From positions 1 to 40,942 of the forward strand of contig JBDRGZ010000008.1 in the NCBI GenBank assembly GCA_043817345.1: DNA of 40,942 bases. The letters run 5' to 3'. Source of the stretch: Patescibacteria group bacterium. GTDB taxonomy: Bacteria; Patescibacteriota; Patescibacteriia; UBA2196. The position numbers and the translations under genes were made by a program. Under the pieces are notes generated by a model, which did no database searches, was not told the origin of the DNA, and was given only the letters and a program-made list of their open reading frames with translations. Positions 35,653 to 40,942 of this stretch are shown here, piece by piece; the first letter of the stretch is position 1; each line of letters opens with the position of its first letter.

Positions 35653-36756
35653 TTATTGTTTAATTGGCATTATTAAATAAGTATATTTTTCATTATTTGA
35701 GGGTTTAAATACAACAGGAGTGTTTGAAGAATTAATGTGGATTTTTGTTTTTTCCGAACCTATATTATTTAATCCATCCAAAAGGTATTTATAATTAAAA
35801 ACTACTTCGATTGGAGTCTCTTGCCCGCCATGGGTTTTAATTTTAATTACGTTCTCGCCCACCTGACTATTTATAGATTTAATTGTAAGTTCGTCTTTAA
35901 CAAAACTTAAAGTTATGTCAAATATTCCTGTTTTAGCAAACAAGCTAGATGCCCTGACCGCCTTGATTACTTCGTTGGTGTTAAACTCTACGTCTGTTGT
36001 AAAATTTACAGGGACAATTTGTTTATAGTCTGGGTATTCAGATTCAATTAAACGAGACATTAAAGATGTTTCCTGAAAACTAAATTTAACTTGATTTTCT
36101 TCAATAAATATTTGCATCTCACTATCTTCATCACTCAGGATTCTTGCCAGTTCTTGCATTGTTCTAATTGGTATAACTATCTTTTCTTCCACAGAAGGAC
36201 CGTCTTCTAAACTTGTCTTTTTTTCTGCAAGCCTGTAACTATCTGTTGTTGTTAGAACTAACTCATTGTTTTTAAACCAAACCAATACACCTGTTAGTTC
36301 TGGTCTTGTTTCATCAAATGAAGCAGCAAAAAGAACTTGATCCAACATTCCTTTAAATCTATGTATTTTAATTTTAATATCTTTCTTGTTTTCAACTTCT
36401 GGTATAAGTGGGTAATCTTCTGCTGGATTAGTTTTAATCTTTGTTTGCCATCCTTGGCTAGATATTTTTAATTTATCTTCTTGGGTTTCTAATGTGATAT
36501 TTTCACTCCCATTAATTAATCCAACGTATTCTGTTAATATTTTGGCTGGCACAGTTATCCTTCCTTCCTCTTCTATTTTTCCACGCACAACTGTTTTTAT
36601 ACCAACCTCTAAATTTGTTGCAGCTAATTCTATATTTCCGTTATCCACTTTTATTAATATATTATTTAATATTGGAAGATTAAAGTTTTTTCCAGTTAAA
36701 TGAGAAACCTTAAAAAGCCCAGCTATTAAATTTTCTTGTTTACAAATTATTTTCAT
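35653..36756 (-). CDS. dnaN: DNA polymerase III beta sliding clamp
   Basis: 367 aa with a three-domain clamp pattern (MKIICKQENL...LPILNNILIKVDNGNIELAATNLEVGI ... YLIMPIK). It lies downstream of dnaA. Confidence 0.92.
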   Translation of the reverse strand: MKIICKQENLIAGLFKVSHLTGKNFNLPILNNILIKVDNGNIELAATNLEVGIKTVVRGKIEEEGRITVPAKILTEYVGLINGSENITLETQEDKLKISSQGWQTKIKTNPAEDYPLIPEVENKKDIKIKIHRFKGMLDQVLFAASFDETRPELTGVLVWFKNNELVLTTTDSYRLAEKKTSLEDGPSVEEKIVIPIRTMQELARILSDEDSEMQIFIEENQVKFSFQETSLMSRLIESEYPDYKQIVPVNFTTDVEFNTNEVIKAVRASSLFAKTGIFDITLSFVKDELTIKSINSQVGENVIKIKTHGGQETPIEVVFNYKYLLDGLNNIGSEKTKIHINSSNTPVVFKPSNNEKYTYLIMPIKQ

Positions 36757-37005
36757 ATACTTGTTATTAGTTAATTATTTATTTAAAAAAATATAATAAT
36801 ATTAATAAAGGAGGTGGAGAAGTTGATAAGTCTTTTGTTTGTTATCTACTGTTTAAATTTTAAGGAATTTGATATTTAAAAGTGTGTAAAAGAAATTGGA
36901 AAAGATTATTGAACTGTGGATTAAATTTTGTGAAATTTAGAAACATGCTTTTTCTGTTGATAACCCCCTATTTAATCCACAATATATTTTTTACTTTTCA
37001 ACAAC
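36757..37005. other. Probable oriC: DnaA-box cluster plus AT-rich stretch in the dnaA-dnaN spacer
   Basis: One-mismatch DnaA boxes are TGTGGATtA (36915-36923), TGTtGATAA (36955-36963) and TaATCCACA (36973-36981). Two-mismatch boxes sit at 36821-36829 and 36842-36850. A nearly pure A/T run spans 36770-36810. Confidence 0.65.
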
Positions 37006-38376
37006 TTATTCTTGTCCTGAATATAGCTTTTGTTTGATTAATATAATGTCTTGTTTAATTTTTTCATTCTTTTCAACTTCGTCTTTAATTTTTTCATGTG
37101 CATGCATGGCTGTTGTGTGATCTCTATTTCCAAGCTCATGACCAATATTTGGAAAAGAAGCTTTAATTTCTTCTCTCATAATATACATACATATTTGTCT
37201 TGGTACAACCAGTTCTTTCTTTCTGGAAGCCCCTGTTAGTTGGTCTAATGTAATATCATAAAACTTAGAAACCTCACCTAAAATACTTTTTGCTGTTAAC
37301 GAGCTTCTAGGGGTTATTGTGTTAATGGATTGTAAGATTGATTTAACTTCTTCTAAATCAGGTTTTATATTTTTAAGCTGATAATATGCATATACTCTAT
37401 TTAAAGCACCTTCTAGCTCTCTAATATTGTTTTGAATATTTTCAGCCATATATTCAATAACCTTTTTGTCTAATGAAAACTTCTTGTCAATAAGTTTTTG
37501 TTCAAGAATAGCTAACCTTATTTCATAATCTGGTTCTGATATGTCTACAATCATCCCCCACTCAAACCTTGATTGTAGTCTTTGTTCAATATTTATGGCT
37601 TTTGGTGGCCTATCTGATGACATTATAATCTGTTTGTCTTTCTGGTGTAATTCATTAAAGGTGTGAAAAAACTGTTCTTGGGTTTGTTCTTTGTTTGCTA
37701 AAAACTGTACATCATCAATAAGTAAAACATCTACTTCTCTATATTTCTTTTGAAATTCATTTATTTTGTTATTTCTAATGGAATATATGAATTCATTGGT
37801 GAACTTTTCACAAGAGACAAAGAACAGTTTAATGTCTGGTCTTTTCTTTAATAAATCGTGCCCAATAGCTTGAATTAAGTGTGTTTTACCTAATCCTGCC
37901 CCACCATAGACAAATAACGGGTTATATGATGTTCCTGGGGACTTTACCACAGCCTTAGCTGCTGCGTGAGCTAATTCATTGTTTTTACCAACAACAAACT
38001 TATCAAATGTATACTTAGGGTTTAAACCATATTTATTGTTATTAATACCTATTTCTTCTTGTATTTCTGGTTCAGACTGAATATTTCGGATCTTTTCCTT
38101 CAAATTAACAACATCAGCATTTTTTGGTTTTAATTGAACTTGATAGAATACTTGTTTTAATTCACTGTTTGTTATGTGTTTCAAAGCTTCTATAATACCA
38201 TCTTGGTATTTGTTTTCTAGCCAAGCTTTAGTAAAAGCATTAGGAACACCAATAACAATTCCGTTATTTTCTTGCTTAATAATGAAAGTATTTTTAAACC
38301 AAGTAGTAAAATTCGCCTTACTTAAGGTTAATTCAAGTTCTCCTAAAATAGCTTGCCAAAGTTGTTCGTTTGTCAT
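37006..38376 (-). CDS. dnaA: Chromosomal replication initiator DnaA
   Basis: NPLFVYGGAGLGKTHL (Walker A), LLIDDVQFL, and the domain IV signature RKKELVVPRQICMYIMRE...FPNIGHELGNRDHTTAMHA are present. 456 aa. Confidence 0.95.
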   Translation of the reverse strand: MTNEQLWQAILGELELTLSKANFTTWFKNTFIIKQENNGIVIGVPNAFTKAWLENKYQDGIIEALKHITNSELKQVFYQVQLKPKNADVVNLKEKIRNIQSEPEIQEEIGINNNKYGLNPKYTFDKFVVGKNNELAHAAAKAVVKSPGTSYNPLFVYGGAGLGKTHLIQAIGHDLLKKRPDIKLFFVSCEKFTNEFIYSIRNNKINEFQKKYREVDVLLIDDVQFLANKEQTQEQFFHTFNELHQKDKQIIMSSDRPPKAINIEQRLQSRFEWGMIVDISEPDYEIRLAILEQKLIDKKFSLDKKVIEYMAENIQNNIRELEGALNRVYAYYQLKNIKPDLEEVKSILQSINTITPRSSLTAKSILGEVSKFYDITLDQLTGASRKKELVVPRQICMYIMREEIKASFPNIGHELGNRDHTTAMHAHEKIKDEVEKNEKIKQDIILIKQKLYSGQE

Positions 38377-38551
38377 GTTTTTGTTTTTTAATTTTTGATA
38401 TTTAATTCTAGCTAATATTAGCTTAAAAAATATGTTTTAAAATTCCTTTTTATTACATTAATAATTGTAACACTTAAAGATATATAAATGAATATGTTAA
38501 AAGTGAATAAGGTGTGGACTAATGGTGTGTAAGTTTTGGTCTAAAATATTG

Positions 38552-38580
38552 TTGACAACCACATATTTTTAGTATATTAT
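38552..38580 (+). promoter_or_regulatory. Promoter TTGACA-N17-TATTAT upstream of rpmH
   Basis: Motif and spacing are read directly, about 48 nt upstream of the rpmH ATG. Confidence 0.55.
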
Positions 38581-38628
38581 TTATACATTACAAACATTAA
38601 AGATAAATAGCTAAGGCTAGGTAAAAAT

Positions 38629-38766
38629 ATGCCAAAAAGAACATATCAACCATCAAACTTAAAGAGAAAAAGAAGACATGGGTTTCGTTCTAGAATGAGT
38701 ACTCCTTCAGGAAGAAATGTGATTAAATCTAGACGCACTAAGGGTAGAGCTAAATTATCTGCATAA
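38629..38766 (+). CDS. rpmH: 50S ribosomal protein L34
   Basis: It is not in the ORF track because it is shorter than 60 aa. My translation is [45 protein letters not shown], the canonical L34 sequence, and it sits upstream of rnpA. Confidence 0.93.
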   Translation: MPKRTYQPSNLKRKRRHGFRSRMSTPSGRNVIKSRRTKGRAKLSA

Positions 38767-38935
38767 AAGATGCTTGGTATAATTATTTTTGTTACGAAAT
38801 TTTCAGATTTTGAACTATAATTTTTCAAATAATTTTTAAAGCATACCCATTGGGTAAGTTGAGAAAATTTTTGGAAAATTTAGTCAAAAGATGGGAATTG
38901 TAGTAGAAAATAATTATTCTAAGTATCTTAAAATT

Positions 38936-39265
38936 ATGTATTCAACACTAAAAGATAAAAAAGATTTTGAGAAGCTGGCAAAACAAGGCCAATCTTTTTT
39001 TACTCAAGAATTTGGTTTTAAAATATTAAAAAACAACCTAAAACAGAACAGGTATGGGATTGTTGTTAATTTAAAAGTAGACAAAAGAGCTGTTGTGCGG
39101 AATAAGATACGTAGAAGGTTAAGGGATATTATACAAGAAAATGAAAAAAACCTTAAAAAAGGCTTTAATTTAATGATTTTAACTAGAGAAGGAATAAAAA
39201 GTCTAGATTTTGCTAATATTAGGTTAAAATTAGTGCATTTATTTAAAAAAGCTAAAATTTTGTAA
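38936..39265 (+). CDS. rnpA: Ribonuclease P protein component
   Basis: LKDKKDFEKLAKQG...VVNLKVDKRAVVRNKIRRRLRDII contains the RNR motif. Start ATG 38936 gives 109 aa, the usual size, although the ORF is open from 38891. Confidence 0.85.
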   Translation: MYSTLKDKKDFEKLAKQGQSFFTQEFGFKILKNNLKQNRYGIVVNLKVDKRAVVRNKIRRRLRDIIQENEKNLKKGFNLMILTREGIKSLDFANIRLKLVHLFKKAKIL

Positions 39266-39380
39266 AAAAAATGACCTGTCGGGTCGGTAAAAATGGGTTT
39301 TCCGCCCAACAGGTTCATCACTCTCTTAAAGAACAAGAGGTATTTAAATTATATATTATATATATTTTTTGTCAAATGTG

Positions 39381-39389
39381 TGTGGATAA
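39381..39389. promoter_or_regulatory. Perfect consensus DnaA box TGTGGATAA, 4 nt upstream of the yidD start
   Basis: Exact 9-mer read directly. It is the only perfect box I found in an intergenic position in this window. Confidence 0.5.
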
Positions 39390-39393
39390 ATAA

Positions 39394-39630
39394 ATGAAAC
39401 AAATATTATTAAAACTACTTAAATTTTACCAAAAATATATTTCCCCAGACCACGGTGGATTTTTAAAATTTTTCAAACCTTTAGGGGTTTGTAAATTTAG
39501 ACCAACATGTTCAGATTATACCTACCAAGCAATTGAAAAATATGGTATCCTAAAGGGGAGCTTTTTGGGAATAAGAAGAGTTTTAAGATGTAACCCTTTT
39601 AACCAAGGTGGATGGGAACCACTTGAATAG
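39394..39630 (+). CDS. yidD: Membrane protein insertion efficiency factor YidD
   Basis: YQKYISP...[42 protein letters not shown] is the family signature. 78 aa. Confidence 0.92.
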   Translation: MKQILLKLLKFYQKYISPDHGGFLKFFKPLGVCKFRPTCSDYTYQAIEKYGILKGSFLGIRRVLRCNPFNQGGWEPLE

Positions 39631-39636
39631 AAAATT

Positions 39637-40455
39637 ATGTTAGTAGATTTATATAACACAATACTTTACGAACCAATTTTTAATCTATTGGTTCGGTTAT
39701 ACAACATTGTTCCGGGTCACGATATTGGTTTAGCAATTATTGCTTTAACTATTATTATTAAATTAATTTTACATCCACTTTCTGTAAAAAGTATTAAAGG
39801 ACAAAAAGCCTTACAAGACTTACAACCAAAGATGGAAGAAATTAAAAAGAAGTATAAGAATAATCAGCAAGAGATGACCAAGAAAACAATGGCTTTATAT
39901 AAAGAAGAAAAGATTTCTCCTTTTTCTTCTTGTCTTCCTTTATTAATTCAGTTCCCATTTTTAATTGCTGTCTATCAAGTTTTCAGAAAAGGATTAACTA
40001 ATAATCAAAGTTTAGAAATCCTATATTCATTTGTTCAAAACCCAGGGACAATTAATCCAATATCTTTTGGGTTGTTTGATTTATCAAAAGCAAATTTTGT
40101 TTTAGCTATCTTGGCTGGTGCAGCACAGTTCTGGGTTTCAAAAATGTTAATCTCCAAAAAATCCCGAGGACTCGGGATTCCTGGTGCAAAAGACGAGGCC
40201 ATGACATCTATAATGAACAAACAGATGATGTATTTTATGCCATTAATAACTGTATTTATTGGCTTGTCTCTACCTAGTGGCCTAACTCTTTATTGGTTTA
40301 TTACAACCATTTTAACAGGTGTTCAACAGATATATATATTTAAAAAACAGAATAAAGATAAAGACACCCAAGAAGTTAAAATTAATGAAAATACGTCTGT
40401 CATTAAACAGTCAGACATTAAAGAAATATCTAAAGACAATGAAGATATCAAATAA
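39637..40455 (+). CDS. yidC: YidC/Oxa1-family membrane insertase (short form, no large periplasmic domain)
   Basis: GLAIIALTIIIKLILHPLSVKSIKGQKALQDLQPKMEEIKKKYKNNQQEM...LYKEEKISPFSSCLPLLIQFPFLIAVY is present. 272 aa. Confidence 0.9.
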   Translation: MLVDLYNTILYEPIFNLLVRLYNIVPGHDIGLAIIALTIIIKLILHPLSVKSIKGQKALQDLQPKMEEIKKKYKNNQQEMTKKTMALYKEEKISPFSSCLPLLIQFPFLIAVYQVFRKGLTNNQSLEILYSFVQNPGTINPISFGLFDLSKANFVLAILAGAAQFWVSKMLISKKSRGLGIPGAKDEAMTSIMNKQMMYFMPLITVFIGLSLPSGLTLYWFITTILTGVQQIYIFKKQNKDKDTQEVKINENTSVIKQSDIKEISKDNEDIK

Positions 40456-40741
40456 ACAAATCCAAGGAATGATTGTAGAAACACAAGCAGGAGACCGGCT
40501 TGGTAAGGTTGAAAGTTTTAATATTGATATTGATTCACAGAGTGTTTTAGAGTATGTTGTTAAACCATCAAGTTTAACAGCCGGGTTAATTAAAGGAGAT
40601 TTAATAATCTCTCGTGGACAAGTTATTGAAATTACAAAAAAGAAAATGATTGTTGAAGATTTAGAAATAAAAAACAATGTATTAGTTAAAAAAGAAAACA
40701 AACAAAAAATTGCACAAGGTGCAATAATGAAAGAAAGTTGA
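40439..40741 (+). CDS. PRC-barrel domain protein
   Basis: VETQAGDRLGKVESFNIDIDSQSVLEYVVKP...DLIISRGQVIEI matches the PRC-barrel pattern. The start is uncertain: ATG 40439 overlaps the yidC end, and ATG 40469 is an alternative. Confidence 0.6.
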   Translation: MKISNKQIQGMIVETQAGDRLGKVESFNIDIDSQSVLEYVVKPSSLTAGLIKGDLIISRGQVIEITKKKMIVEDLEIKNNVLVKKENKQKIAQGAIMKES

Positions 40742-40764
40742 ATTTTAATTTAATAAGGTATTTT

Positions 40765-40786
40765 AAGCCAGCCAATCGGCTGGTTT
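40765..40786. terminator. Bidirectional terminator hairpin
   Basis: AAGCCAGCC-AATC-GGCTGGTTT followed by a T run. On the minus strand it directly follows the stop codon at 40787-40789. Confidence 0.65.
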
Positions 40787-40942
40787 TTAAAATTTTCTAT
40801 TCTTCCCTACTACAACCTTTAGTTTTTTTAGAGACACAGAAACTTCAACTGGGGTTTTAATAATTTTTTCTCCATCAATAACAACAGAACTTGTTTTTGT
40901 TGAAGATAGTATTTTAGCTTTCTTGACTTTTATTAATGATTC
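40787..40942 (-). CDS. 3' end of a gene running off the window; C-terminus resembles the diacylglycerol/lipid kinase (YegS/DagK) family
   Basis: My translation of the minus strand is ...ESLIKVKKAKILSSTKTSSVVIDGEKIIKTPVEVSVSLKKLKVVVGKNRKF*. The IDGE...P..V.V...L.V pattern is typical of that family's C-terminus. Only 51 codons are visible. Confidence 0.35.
   Translation of the reverse strand, partial: ESLIKVKKAKILSSTKTSSVVIDGEKIIKTPVEVSVSLKKLKVVVGKNRKF

Noticed and set aside
38646-38828. 60-aa minus-strand ORF
   Set aside because: It is antisense to rpmH, whose L34 translation is unmistakable on the plus strand.
39004-39336. 110-aa minus-strand ORF
   Set aside because: It is antisense to rnpA and begins in the GC-rich hairpin of the rnpA-yidD spacer.
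1-40942. Alternative genetic code (UGA recoding, as in some candidate phyla)
   Set aside because: TGA terminates smc, the AbiEi-like gene, the first ATP-grasp gene and the PRC-barrel gene at the expected lengths. All conserved genes are intact under the standard code.
1-40942. CRISPR arrays, transposases, integrases, rRNA genes
   Set aside because: I found no spaced direct-repeat arrays, no recombinase-like ORFs and no rRNA-like GC-rich stretches when reading the window. The only notable repeat is the 18-mer pair reported above.

Overview
This is a very AT-rich, tightly packed bacterial chromosome segment. Gene content and style suggest a small-genome Patescibacteria/CPR-like organism; that is an inference, and the code is standard because TGA ends several conserved genes.

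The right end is the replication-origin neighbourhood: dnaN<-dnaA, with a DnaA-box cluster between them, then rpmH-rnpA-yidD-yidC-PRC-barrel.

The rest is mostly housekeeping:
- smc, trpS, rnj, secG, uvrA, yebC-ruvC, a class A PBP, Hsp20, and a VanW protein
- an O-antigen-ligase-like protein with a flippase
- four tRNAs, packed directly against protein genes

Three parts stand out:
1. A ~5.7 kb block is bracketed by an exact 18-nt direct repeat. It holds an AbiE-like toxin/antitoxin pair in reversed order and a divergent radical-SAM/SPASM maturase + TrmB-type regulator pair with a tiny downstream ORF.
2. One long plus-strand operon joins alpha-glucan genes (GH15, glgA, GH57) to an APH-like kinase, a P-loop kinase, a GT4 glycosyltransferase, two RimK-like ATP-grasp ligases and a ROK kinase. 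The P-loop kinase and the GT4 gene are each broken by a frameshift at a long poly-A tract.
3. A free-standing, strongly structured ~105-nt element lies between two terminators downstream of uvrA.

The smc gene is also unusually short and has no recognisable hinge domain. I saw no CRISPR array, rRNA, transposase or integrase. All function calls come from motif recognition by eye in the supplied translations; no searches were run.
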